Positions 52,060 through 64,000 of a DNA stretch of 64,000 nucleotides are shown here, one piece after another. How positions within the stretch are numbered: position 1 is the stretch's first letter; each line of letters begins with the position of its first letter. The DNA comes from Octopus vulgaris (lineage: Eukaryota), in contig OX597830.1 of assembly GCA_951406725.2 (NCBI GenBank), positions 40,238,001 through 40,302,000 on the forward strand, given 5' to 3'. The translations under genes and the position numbers were made by a program. Under the pieces are notes generated by a model. That model saw only the letters and a program-made list of their open reading frames with translations. It was not told where the DNA came from and did not search any database.

Positions 52060-52120
52060 CAAAAAGAGACTGACAGACACATCGACAGACAGATAAGCAG
52101 GTATGCAGATAGATAGATAG
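51755..52120. repeat. (GATA/GACA/GATG)n tetranucleotide array
   Basis: Direct reading. Confidence 0.95.
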
Positions 52121-52678
52121 GAGAAAAAGTCTACAATATAAGTAACAAGAACAGGGAGACATTGAAGAGTTAAAAGTGCTGAACTTACTGAGAGAGAGGT
52201 CATATTTTGAAAGTCCATTAATCTATTTGCCTTAGTCAAGTGCAGTCAGAAGTGGGTGTCAACTGTCTCATGGTTGAATGGTTTTCCTAAGAGAAAAAGA
52301 AATCATTCAGCTGGAAAAAAAAAACCCACAACTTTTTCAGAAATTAATTTGTATTGTTATTTTGATCCTTTTGGACTTAATACTGCTGTTTAAGTCCTTT
52401 CCTTAATTAAGATAGTAAGGTATGATATGAGGGAGATTTAGCTGCCATTTCTAACTGGTTAAATGACCATGCAGAAACTCTTTTGTTTGCCTCAAAGAAC
52501 ATTTTAGACTGGCCTAGAAGGCAGTTTGTGCTTAGTAAACACAGGTGCAAGTAGTGGTCCAGCAACTAAATTTTCTTAGTGGGTGCAAACCCAGGTCCAA
52601 ATTTTTTAATGAAAAATATGAATTTTTTCAATGTTAACATTAAACCAAATGCAGGTGTAAAAATAATTTTTATCATTA

Positions 52679-52790
52679 TGAGGGTCGACTGAAATGTTCA
52701 TACGCTGAGCAAGACACTCTCATGGAATGTGACCAAATGAAGTTCATTAATTAACGTAGTTTCTCTTACTGTGCACACACTTCCATTAGT
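52679..52790 (+). mobile_element. mariner-like 5' terminal fragment
   Basis: TA|TGAGGGTCGACTGAAATGTTCAT resembles CGAGGG..TGAAAAGTT mariner TIRs; no partner end found. Confidence 0.35.
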
Positions 52791-52807
52791 AGTAGCAGCG
52801 CTTACCA

Positions 52808-53447
52808 AGACCTTTGGAAATATGCAGTGTGTGAGAAAACCCGGCAAGCCAAGTGAGACCATAACCTGTGGCCTATGCCAGGGGTGTAACCAGCCCACTT
52901 ATGCGTACCTTTCCTACATTGGACACTAAACTCTGCTTGTGAAGACCTGTTGAGGCAAGTGAAATTGAAATCAAATCAAATTCGCAAATTCGACGACTCG
53001 CACCCGTGCCAGTGGAGTGCTAGAAGCACCATCCGAGCATGACCACTGCCAGAACAGCTGACTGGCTTCCATACCAGTGACACCATTCGAGCGTGATCGT
53101 TACCAGCACCACCTTACTGGCACTTGTGCCAGTGGTACATGAAAAACATTCAAGCGAGGTCGTTACCAGTACCACTGGACTGGCTCCTGTGCAGGTGACA
53201 CGTAAAAAACACCACTTTAACGCGGCCGTTGTCAGTACCGCCTGACTGGCCCTCATGCCAGTGTCATGTAAAAGCACCCACTACACTCTCAGAGTGGTTG
53301 GCGTTAGGAAGGGCATCCAGCTGTAGAAACTCTGCCAGATCAGATTAGAGCCTGATGCAGCCATCCGGTTCACCAATCCTTTGTCAAATCGTCCAACCCA
53401 TGCTAGCATGGAAAGCGGACGTTAAACGATGATGATGATGATGATGA
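52808..53447 (+). mobile_element. RTE-type LINE: ORF end, long 3' UTR with ~5 tandem repeats, and (GAT)n tail
   Basis: Translates DLWKYAVCEKTRQAK*; tandem ~55-65-bp units at 52995-53280; canonical tail. Confidence 0.85.
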
Positions 53448-54228
53448 TATATATTTGCTCGGAGCACCAACAACCCTGGGACCAGTCCTGGCAGAAAAAC
53501 AATTAACATTCTAACAAGGCAGTCTTCGTGTCTCTCGGACTGCTAGAAACAGTAGCCAAACTTCTTTTAAACCACACATAACCATCGTACAAAAGGGAAG
53601 GACATAATAGATAAATTAGTTTCAAATATCGTTAAAAAACTTGTAATGGTCATGGTTGGAATACCTTTAATTACAAGTCAGTTCAGTGAAGGCTAAACAA
53701 CAACAATATCACACGGGGTAAACAGAGATCCTACGTAGTCACGTGCCCGGCTGCAACCATACAAGCAAAATCCTTCCCACTCTTATTCTGCCAAATAACT
53801 GAGGGAGGTGGCGAAACGTTATCTTTAAAAATAAATGGAATGGTAAAAACGGAAGAATGCGTGGCTAAATGACTAAATGCTTTTCCGCATTTAATTATAA
53901 TGTACCTTATTTAAATTTCTTCGTAGTTTCATCTACGTTTGGATTGATATCATGGTGAACGGAAATAAAGTCACAATTTTGTAAAGAAAAAAATTACAGG
54001 AAAATATCAGATTTCTAATTATTACCAGATAACGTAATTAAACAAATAATATTATAGGTAGCTTTATAAACACACACTATACGACTTGCTTATAATATCA
54101 TCAGATGTCTTGTATACGAACTAAATAAATAAATGATTAAACAAACGTAATTAAATAAACTTATGAAGCTTTATAAACACACTATACGCCTCATATAAAA
54201 TGATAACAAATTTATATAATGCAGTTTC

Positions 54229-54398
54229 CAGTGGCGGAGTTAGCGTGAGCCACCGGGGCAGCCATTAGATTTGTCACCCCCAGCTTGGGTCTCCAAGCTT
54301 GGAGACCCATAAGTCAACACTGACTTATACCCACCAACCTACGCACCTCCTAAAAGCATCGCTCGGGGGCGGACACTTCTCGTCAGCTACGTTACTGA
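54229..54398. mobile_element. Harbinger-like MITE
   Basis: CAGTGGCGGAGTTAG ... CAGCTACGTTACTG inverted termini. Confidence 0.55.
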
Positions 54399-54677
54399 CA
54401 GTTTCTCAAGCAGGATTATAATTTTCAAAGATAAAACTGGGGCCAATATGAGTTAAGATCGTAACCAAGGTACTTCCTACAGGAACCAATCAAAGACACT
54501 TTTTTTAGAAACTTTTCAAATCTTTCTTCACTTTTACAATACTTTCACCATTTTCTTCAAGTATTTTCAGCAAGGTTTTTGCTTATTGAAATACAAATGC
54601 GAAGGCTTGACTGTGTGCTAAGAAATTTTTGTTTCCCAACCACATGATTCTGGGTCCAGTCTCACTGCATAGAAACT

Positions 54678-54862
54678 TATATATATCACGTGACCGACCA
54701 GTCCATCAGATGTAGTTACACATCGCTGGTCACAATGCGTTCGCATTGTTTTAGCCTTCGAATGACGCCACCATGCTGGCTAAGCGAGCAGGCCAACAGA
54801 AGAAAGAGTGGGAGAAAGAGTGATGAAAGAGTACAGCAGGGATCACCACCCCCTGCTGGAGG
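54678..54862 (-). mobile_element. retroelement 3' end (CACGTGAT tail) inserted in a family B head
   Basis: Reverse complement matches the tail of the SINE at 27310-27422; it splits the host motif ...CTT|GGACAAGTGTCTTC. Confidence 0.6.
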
Positions 54863-54896
54863 CTTGGACAAGTGTCTTCTACTATAGCCATGGGCC

Positions 54897-55188
54897 CATC
54901 TCTTTTGACGAACCGCAAAGTTACGGGGACGCAAACACACCAGCATCGGTTGTCAAGCGATGTTGGGGGTACAAACACAGACACACAAACATATACACAC
55001 ACACATATATATATACATATATACGACGGGCTTCTTTCAGTTTCCGTCTACTAAATCCACTCACAAGGCTTTGGTCGGCCCGAGACTATAGTTGAAGACA
55101 CTTGCCCATGGTGCCACGCAGTGGGAATGAACCCGGAACCATGTGGTTGGTAAGTAAGTCACTTACCACACAGCCACTCCTGCGCCTA
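54897..55188 (-). mobile_element. SINE family B, CpG-intact copy
   Basis: CGACGGGCTTCTTTCAGTTTCCGTCTAC...CCACACAGCCACTCCTGCGCC. Confidence 0.85.
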
Positions 55189-55649
55189 TAACCTCGTTCG
55201 GCGTGTTGACTTCATATACTTCATTATTGAAAATGTTTGCTCACAGACATAAGTTTTTCCAAACACTGATACCAAACCAGAGGCAAATGGTGCCATACCA
55301 GAGGTATTTACACAAAAAGTACAGTGCGGCGGTGGCGGTCCAGATGAACTGATTTCGTGAGCCAGATCCGGTAGTTTATGACACCTAGACTAAACCCTTC
55401 GAGGCGGTGCTCCAGCATAGCTTCAGTCCAGTGACTGAAACAAGTAAAAGATTAAAAAATGGTAAAAGTTAAGGCCTTTGTATAATGAAATACAAACTCA
55501 CATGCACACACATGATCGTAAGATCTTGGTTTCGATTCCTGACCTGGACGATGCATTGTGTTTTTTCTGCAAAACACTTCATTTCAGTACACACAGCTGG
55601 CAAAAATGAGAAAACTTGTGACGGACCGGGGTCGCATCCAGGCAGGGAA

Positions 55650-55825
55650 CACTAGCTTAACTAGGGGGGTAGGTGAAGGGTCGTAGGGGCGGTCTGCCCC
55701 GGGTGGCACTTTTAAAGGGACGATACTTTTGGGTCTGCTGTAGGCAATATGCGGTTTTTTGTGGGGTCCGAAGGCGGCAAACAGGAGGGGCACCCCGGGC
55801 GGCCCACACTCTAGCCACGCTAGCT
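55650..55825. mobile_element. MITE family H
   Basis: CTAGCTTAACTAGGGGG ... CTCTAGCCACGCTAG. Confidence 0.65.
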
Positions 55826-56544
55826 TTGGGGAATATACATACTCCACAGAAACCGGATGTGTGTGTGTGTGTGTGTGTGCGTGCGTGTGTGTGTGTCCAC
55901 GTGTGCATATGTTTCACAGTTTTTGTCTACCAAATTGACTCACACGACATTAATCTCGGCGAGGGACTTTAATTAAAGACACTTGTCCAAAGTGCCGCGC
56001 AGTGGAATTGAACTGGAAACACGACTTTACAAAGTGAGCTTCTTAACCACACAACCATCCCTGAAATACATTTCTCAAAAATATATTTTTTAAAAAAATA
56101 AAACAGGAAAAGAGAGAGAAAACTGTCCTACAAATCCCAGTCTGTGTCTTCCGAAGTAAAAGTCAGATTTCAAGACAACAAGAATGTGAAGAATTTCTTT
56201 AATTGTTGGCAGCATTGACAAAAATCTGATATTACCGTGACGTAATGGCATTTTGGTACTGAGCTTAGACTAAGTCATAAAATTCCTTCAGTTGTGTTAA
56301 ATAAACACTTACAGCTATTGGACTGCGGCCATACTGGGGCACAGCCTTGAAGTGTTTTAATCAAACAGAGCGACCTCCGGGAGTAATTTTAAAAATCTGC
56401 TATTAATTTTATCGTTCCTTTCGCCAAACTGCTAAGTTATGAGGACGTAGACAAACCAACACCGGTTGTCCAGCGGCGGTGGGAAGGGTGACAAACACAA
56501 GTACAAAGATACGCACACAGACAGACAGACAGACAGACAAACAA

Positions 56545-56625
<81 letters not shown>

Positions 56626-57997
56626 ACGAGCTTCCACTAACAAGTTTTTACAAATGCTTGTTAATAATTGAGTATATATATTGCCTACAGCAGACCCAAA
56701 GGTAGCACCCCTTTAAAAATGCCGCCCGGAGCGGACCGCCCCTGCCTCCAGCTATGCTAGCGCGTGTATGTTAGTTTAAGTCCTGTAAATTAGAGGTTCG
56801 ACAAAAAGAGAGTGACGAAATCATAACCCAATTTTAAAAATAAGAACTGGAGTCAAAATGATTGACTAATTTTATGCAGGATGTGCTCCAGCATGGCAGG
56901 TCCGATCACTGTAACCAGAAAAAGAATGAAAATATAAAAGAAAGGAAATGCTGTATCGAATAATGTAAGATATCACTTCAACATCTTTTCAGTTTCAAGT
57001 ATATATAGTGACTCTCATATTTCCCCCTGCTAGGTATTTTGCAAGCTCAGATTTAGCGATTTGCGCTTTTATATTCAAAATCACAGCTATACTGAAGACG
57101 GCTCAGAAGCTAGACATGCTTTTATCAGTTTACAATAGGCGCTCTTACACCTTTTTACCTAAAGCGAGAATGTGTTCTCCACGGCAAATTGCAATGAAAA
57201 AGCTATTTCAGGTCCAAATATGTCCCAAATATCTAAAGTTCGTTTAGAGTTTTACATTTTGCCTGCGCTAGACGAAACTTTAGTTCAAAAAGTTTTGAGA
57301 CCAAGTTGAACAAACAGTCTTGTGACTCAAGTCATGAAAAACTGAACTGCATGACAAGAAAAAGTGGCTCTTTAGCGGCAGTGTGTAAATACAGTTTGGT
57401 TGATTTTTTAAAAAAGTAAACTATGAAGAACCAGCAACAAAATATTCGTTTTGAGCCTTTGCAATCGTTTTCGTACAGACAAGGAATTTAATGGAATTTC
57501 TCTAATAATTTCTGAACTACAAGAAGAGCTGGGAGTGAATGTATATGAAATATATGTTGATGACAGATATTTCATTAAATAACAACAGCTAATGAGCAAT
57601 TAAAAAAAGAAAAACAGACAGGCTTCTAGATTAGATGGAATTTCAAAAAAGAATGCTAAAATCAGAGAAAGACAAGATTACAAGAGCATTCTTTTCTACT
57701 CTAGGCACAATGCCCGAAAGATTACAAGAGCATTATCAAACCTTAAGATTACAATGTTTTTTTTTATCGTATAAAAACAGTGAGGTGGCTAATCGTTTGC
57801 ACACAAGGGGTATTTCTTCTGGCTCTTCCACGTTTCGAGTTCAAATCCCACTGCGGTAAACTTTGCCTTTTATCTTTTGGGGGTCAATAAAATAAATTAC
57901 CTATTAAGAACAAAGGTCAATGAAATCGAATGACCTTTTCCCACTAAAATTGTTGGCCTTCTGTCAAAGGTTGAAGCAATTACATGGAAGATTAGGC

Positions 57998-58291
57998 CAG
58001 CGTTTTTCAAGCTGTTTTGTCGTGACTCACCGAAGGGTCGGGACCCACAGTCTGAAAAATGCTGGTTCATATTCTACACGTTGCACCCGCTTGCGTTTTT
58101 TTCCTTCCTTTTTGTCGCGACCCATTTTATTTTTTCCGGGACCCACAGTTTGAAAAACGCTGGTTCATATTCTTCCCTTTGCACCAACTTACGTTGTTTT
58201 TTTCCTTTTTTTTTTTTTCTTTTTGTTGCGACCCATTTTATTTCTTTCGCAGCCCACTGAAGGGCCTAGACGCATAATTTGAAAAACGCTG
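57998..58291. mobile_element. hAT MITE with triplicated right end
   Basis: CAGCGTTTTTCAA left TIR; TGAAAAA(C/T)GCTG right TIR at about 58064, 58162 and 58291; degenerate TSD GATTAGGC / GATTTGAC. Confidence 0.7.
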
Positions 58292-58884
58292 GATTTGACA
58301 AATACTCGAAGATTGAGAGATTGGGGTAGCGATTAGGATACGAAGAAAAGATAAAAGTAAAATGGGATCTTCAGAGACTGTGGTAGTGCCAGGTTAGAGC
58401 AAGAATCTCAAGCATTCTCTCAACAACTTTGTCTGGGCTCGCAAAATTTTATCTTAATGTGACCCTGTATTATTCTGTTCATTGTATGTTGATGGTTTTA
58501 CTTTAGCAGAAGTTACGTTTTCCAATTGCCTTTATTTTCGCCGTAGACCCCCTCCTAATTAGTCACTGTAGTACGATTGTTCTACAACAATTTGCTAATC
58601 TGGAATTAGCAAATAAATACCTTAGGTTTGCACTTTGCTTCTTCTCTCATTTATTTTGGGTAACATCTATCAAGCATTTCCCACCTCGCATTTTTTTCAT
58701 TCTATCGCTTCAAGTACATGAGTGGTACTTTATTTTATCGTTCCCAGAAGATGAAATCGAAGTTGACCACGGCGGAATTAGGACTCTTCAAATTAAATTA
58801 ATAACAACCAATAATAGATATCTGTAGTCAGTTCTATGGTATCCAACCATTTTCTCTACGTTCTTCATTCAGGGCCCACCAGCG

Positions 58885-59285
58885 TGCCCGAACACGAAAT
58901 TTTTTTCCCACAAGAGTTCCAGACCCCAGTTATAAACTTATTTGCATACAGCCAATCAGAGCTCATCTATCAAACTAATTTATGAGTGCATAACAAGTGA
59001 TAAGATAAGGTCACTTGGGTAAGGAATGACCATGCTTCTTTTCTCTTTCAATAACGCTTGTTATTCTTGTTAGGCATAATCTGAGAGCTGAACGGCGCCT
59101 TTCCTTTCACACTTTTCAAGCAATCCTTCAACGGTTTGTCAGCACCAATACAGTTTCTGCTACCAGCAACAGCTTTTGTTAAACTTGACAACAAGGTCAA
59201 GGCAAGCTCTGATTGGCTGTTTTACAAATGAGTTCATTACTGGGGTGCGGAACTCTGGTAGGGGAAAAAAATTCGTCGCCTAGAC
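58885..59285. mobile_element. foldback/MITE with ~80-bp imperfect terminal inverted repeats
   Basis: ACGAAATTTTTTTCCC..AGAGTTCC..ACCCCAGT...ACAGCCAATCAGAGCT is mirrored at 59205-59280. Confidence 0.7.
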
Positions 59286-59382
59286 ATGATGAAAGGATAC
59301 GCCAGAATTAAAACTTTAAGGCACCCACATCCACCTAATTAGTGACAGTAACAAGTAATGTATATTTACCAACTAATATTAA

Positions 59383-59790
59383 GGCGGCAAGCTGGCAGAA
59401 ACGTTAGCACGCTGGGCGAAATGCTTTGCGATATTTCGTCTGTCTTTACGTTTTGAGTTCAAATTCCACCGAGATCGACTATGCCTTTCATCCTTTCGGG
59501 GTCGATTAAATAAGTACCAGTTACGCACCGGGGTCGATATAATCGACTTAATCCGTTTGTCTGTCCTTGTTTGTCCCTTCTGTTTTTAGCCCCTTGTGAG
59601 TAGTAAAGAAATAGGTATTTCGTCTGTCTTTACGTTCTGAGTTCGAATTCCGTCGAGGTCGACTTTGCCTTTCATCTTTTCAGGGTCGATTGAATAAGTA
59701 CCAGTTACGCACTGGGGTCGATGTAATCGACTTAATCCCTTTGTCTGTCCCCTCTATGTTTAGCCCCTTGTGGGCTATAAAGAAATAAGT
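59383..59790 (+). mobile_element. dimeric SINE family A (one head, two bodies)
   Basis: The second body starts at 59615 via the same AAGAAATAG|GTATTTCGTC junction as in the 44-kb array. Confidence 0.85.
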
Positions 59791-60086
59791 AACAACTAAT
59801 GTATGTGAAATCTTTGGATCTTTTTTTTTCTTTTGACAAAAAAAAAAAAAAAAAAAGAGAACAGAAATTTTCCTGGATTCGATAACATGCACAGCAGTAT
59901 TTGACATGCAGTTTACCTTTTACTTGTTCATGCCATCAGATTGCGGCCATACTGGAGCGCTACCTTGACAGGTTTAGTCAAACAAATTGACCCCGGTACT
60001 TATTTTTAATGTCTGTTATTTATTCCAATGGATCCATTTGCCGAATTACTAATAACAGTTACGGAGACAATATTTGTAAACGAAAA

Positions 60087-60302
60087 GGCGGCGAGCTGGC
60101 AGAAACGTTAGCACGCCGGACGAAATGTTTAGCGGTGGTTCGTCTGTCTTCACGTTCTGAGTTCAAATTCCGCCGAGGTTGACTTTGCTTTTCATCTTTT
60201 CGGGGTCGATAAAATAGGTACCAGTTGCATACTAGGGTCGATCTAATCGACTGTCTCCCTCCCCCAAAATTTCGGGCCTTGTGCTTAAGAGTAGAAAAGA
60301 AT
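60087..60302 (+). mobile_element. SINE family A, alternative tail
   Basis: Intact head and core; tail CCCCCAAAATTTCGGGCCTTGTGC...GTAGAAAAG. Confidence 0.85.
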
Positions 60303-60437
60303 ATTGGTAAACAAATTAATATCTGCTGTCAAGCAGTGGAGGAGGGCAATAACACACACGACAGGCTTCCGTACATTTTCCGCCTACCAAATTCACTCGC
60401 AGGGCACGGAGTTATAGCAGAGGACATTTGCCCAAGG

Positions 60438-60650
60438 CACTGGCTCAGAAATAAAATTGGCTTAGCGGGTGCAAACCCAAAGAATTTTTACAAATGTGGT
60501 CATGTTTTTTTTTATTTATTTTTGTTCTTTGAGAAAAACCTAATTTAAGGTATTTTTCGCAGATCACTTTTTACTCACTGTTTTCTAAACCTGAGAAAAG
60601 CAGGTAGGGGTGCAAATTTTGATTTTGCACCCCCTGTCCCCGGGCTTATA
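60438..60650. mobile_element. insertion with an 8-bp duplication inside a family B SINE
   Basis: GCCCAAGG at 60430-60437 and 60651-60658; CTTAG.GGGTGCAAACCC also occurs at 52576. Confidence 0.55.
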
Positions 60651-60768
60651 GCCCAAGGTGTCGCACAGTATGACCGAACACTAAACCATACGCTTACAAA
60701 GCAAACTTCTTAACCACACAGTCATTTCTACGCCTCTATTATAAATATAACTGACAAATTTTCGTTTA

Positions 60769-61290
60769 CGGTAAATCCTCGAGTATAATCCGCATTTTTC
60801 CCCCAAAAATTTAAAGGTCAAAATCCCTTGTGCGTACTATATACGAGGTTAAAAATGAAAAATATTTTCTAAGCAATATCCGAGTCTCTATTTGCTGTCC
60901 GGCAATGTTTATTCAGATGCATTTTGTGATGTCGGGCGCGAAAATACCTTAAGCTAAGCCTGAAAGTAATGAAGTCATAAAAGAATCATCCATAACTTGC
61001 AGTAAGCAACATTTATTAAACGTTATTACTGTTGCTACTGTTACTTCTTTATTTTCTGCAAATAAAATGCACAAAAAAGCTGCACGTTTGCATTATGTTA
61101 TATATACAATAATAATAAAGGACGTTACTGGATACATTTTTACAAACCAAGGACGTTATATAGACCTCCTTGACTCAAGTTAGTGAAGGGGTGCGTATTA
61201 TACACAAGGTTTAGGTTTTTCAGAGGTACAGGCCCCAAAAAATCCCCTACGTATTATACTCAAGGGCGGACTATATTCAAGGATTTACGG
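60769..61290. mobile_element. pogo/Tc2-like MITE with TA TSD
   Basis: TA|CGGTAAATCCTCGAGTATAATCCGC ... GCGGACTATATTCAAGGATTTACGG|TA; subterminal CGTA.TATA..C.AGG repeats. Confidence 0.85.
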
Positions 61291-62657
61291 TAACTATGTA
61301 CTAAAGTTAGAAATCTAGACATAATCGATAGAGCAGCGGACAAAACGCTGACAATTTTCAGTCGTTCTTTTATTTCTCTCTCTAAGTTCAAATCCTGTTG
61401 GAGTTGACTTCACCTTTCATCCTTCTGAGGTTGATATAGTTGGTTACACCGCATTTTCGAAATAAGAGCCTGTTGGTTTATGTCAGAAATATTTATTAGC
61501 ATTATCGCCTCCTCGGAGACATGCGTTTTAGATCGGGCTACGCTACTCTTTTCATAATAACGTGTATTTATTCCCCTCCTTTCTCCTCCATAGATCTTTC
61601 TTTACCCTCTTCAACTGTAGTTAAGAACAATTTTGACTAAAAACGTTTGCCCCTATCGAAATACAGACACGGCAAGTGTGAGGTATCGTATGACAGAATG
61701 GTGCCTTACGATAAACACACCATGAAACATTGAATCCATAACCACTGAGATTATTGTTGGTGGAGAGATGAACAAGACTCAAACAGTCCGACTTCGCACA
61801 TCAGATCCGTGTTCGGGATCTTTCCTCCTGGACCGTTACCCATAACAATTTATGTCCAAGCGTGGTTTGCACGTGAATGTAGGGGAACCATATATAAATT
61901 TAATCTGATAGACAGTTGACAGCGTTGAGTTATCAATGCACTTTGCTTGGTGCTTTATACGTTTCTAAACTAACAAAATCATTAGCAGCGACCTTAGGAT
62001 GTCGAAACACACACATACACATCTATATCAGGAACCGATCTCAAATATAGTCATAAATAAATTGCGGTGGCATTGGCGTTTCTCTATTATACATACACGT
62101 GTATGTATGTATGTATGTAACTAAAATTTTTTGCCGTCTACTTTGATTAACTTCATTTGCAACGGTTGTCATTCACCACCTCCTCAGATTAAGTTTCAAT
62201 GTCCGTTTTTGTAACTACACCACTATACATACATACATACATACATACATACATACATACATACATACATACATACATACATACATACATACAAACATGC
62301 ATACATGCATCCATACATACATACATACATACATACATCATACATACATACAGGTATGCATGCATGTATATATAATACACACACACACACATATATATGT
62401 TGTATATATGTGTGTGTGTCTGTACACGCACAAGCTTACCAACAAACAAAGGAGAGAGAGATAAGCAATGAATGCCTAGTATTAATGAGATTGCCATTTA
62501 TTGATAACTTATACACAGAAGCAATTGTTGTCGGTGATTGCTCATAGAAAAGCGGGTTGCAGGAACATAATATTACCTGTTACCTTCCAATCAATTATTC
62601 AGAAATTAGACACCTCTTCATATCATCTGACAATTTTCATTTTCAAAACCCGTTCTC

Positions 62658-62770
<113 letters not shown>

Positions 62771-63628
62771 TATCTGAACTTTATCATGATGTATTTATGG
62801 TTTCACTTTTATGGATGAATATTAAGCAATAAAGTTAATCTTTGTACCTAAGAACATCTCGTAAAATAAATCTTGTTTTCTTACACTCAACTCAGAGCCA
62901 CCAAACTGCGATTGTTTTCCCATATTTTTATCAAATTTCTTTTTCATTCTTCTTCTTCTTCAGGATTTAGCAGAGAGAGAATTAATTTTGTGATGTCTTC
63001 ACATACACAAACACACACACACACACTGAAATCTTTTTGGTTTCGTTTTAAATCCTTTGTATCTTAGCCCTCTTACTTTGGTTTTCATCATACGACCATT
63101 CTTTAATCCGGCACTTTTGATTATAGTTTTTTTTAAATATTTTTTAAAGCTTTTCCTTCCTTTTCTTTAATCACTTGCCGTCTGTATGTCTCTTTGTTAA
63201 TGGAATTCCATCGCTTTGCTTATAATTCCCTGTTTTACAATATAAACCTATTATCTCCTAAAAGGCCTCGTGATGAAAACGGAACTTGCTAAGAGTAGCA
63301 TCATTAAGCGCAACCAGAAATAAGAGCCTTCTGGGTATAAACTTCAAAAATTGTGATGACCAAGTGAATAAATTGCTTACATATTCCATGACTCATTGGT
63401 GAAGTTTTCAAACCCTGCTCCGAACGTTTGATGGTTCTCTTGTCTAAAGTACCCCGTTTTTACGTGTCCCAGTCAATCAGGCCCAGTAACGAAACAGTGA
63501 GTGGATGGATGAAGTAAAACTATTTATTGAATAATCTTTATAGATATATCTTCACCATTATAGAACGGTTGTTGATTGGAAAATGTATTCAATTCACAAA
63601 TCTTTATTTGACGATCCTTCTATATTGG

Positions 63629-63863
63629 TGCGGCGAGCTGGCAGAAACGTTAGCACGCCGGGCGAAATGCTTAGCGGTATTTCGTCTGCGTTACGTTGTG
63701 AGTTCAAATTCCGCCGAGGTCGACTTTGCCTTTCATCCTTTCGGGGTCGATAAATTAAGTACCAGTTACGCACTGGGGTCGATGTAATCGACTTAATACC
63801 TATGTCTGTCCTTGTTTGTCCCCTCTGTGTTTAGCCCCTTGTGGGTAATAAAGAAATAGGTAT
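63629..63863 (+). mobile_element. SINE family A, monomeric reference copy
   Basis: A-box TGGCAGAAACGTTAG, B-box GAGTTCAAATTCC, central GCCTTTCATCCTTTCGGGGTCGATAAATTAAGTACCAG domain, tail GTAATAAAGAAATAGGTAT. Confidence 0.9.
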
Positions 63864-64000
63864 GAGGAGACAACGTAATTCACCCTTCTTTTCAGCCTCT
63901 TTGTGAGGAAAGGTTGTGTGGGTGAATGACGTTGTGTACCAATATCGAAGGATTGTCTTTTATTCTCGGAATGTAACATGTATGAAGTGCTTTTTGATAA

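Noticed and set aside
63629-63720. tRNA genes at SINE heads
   Set aside because: A and B boxes are present but there is no complete cloverleaf, and they are always fused to SINE bodies.

Overview
AT-rich, repeat-saturated eukaryotic genomic DNA with the repeat landscape of an octopus (Octopus sp.) genome: abundant (TA)n/(CA)n/(GATA)n/trinucleotide microsatellites plus high-copy tRNA-headed SINEs. I find no intact host protein-coding gene, and nearly all ORFs in the track are microsatellite or SINE artefacts. Recognisable content: three SINE superfamilies (my working labels A, B and D, not database names), many 5'-truncated RTE-type LINE ends, one decayed CR1-group LINE (16.3-18.5 kb, minus strand), Penelope-like element relics carrying minimal hammerhead-ribozyme motifs, two mini-Helitrons with exact A|TC...CTAG|T ends, and piggyBac-, hAT-, pogo/Tigger- and Harbinger-like MITEs. 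The most unusual signals are (1) a SINE with one head and five tandem 183-bp bodies inside a single 20-bp target-site duplication, whose junction recurs independently at 59.4 kb, (2) several hammerhead-like motifs, (3) a perfect recursive-splice-like site at 7.78 kb, and (4) CpG-poor and CpG-retaining domains. Coordinates were read by eye; ends of old repeats are approximate.
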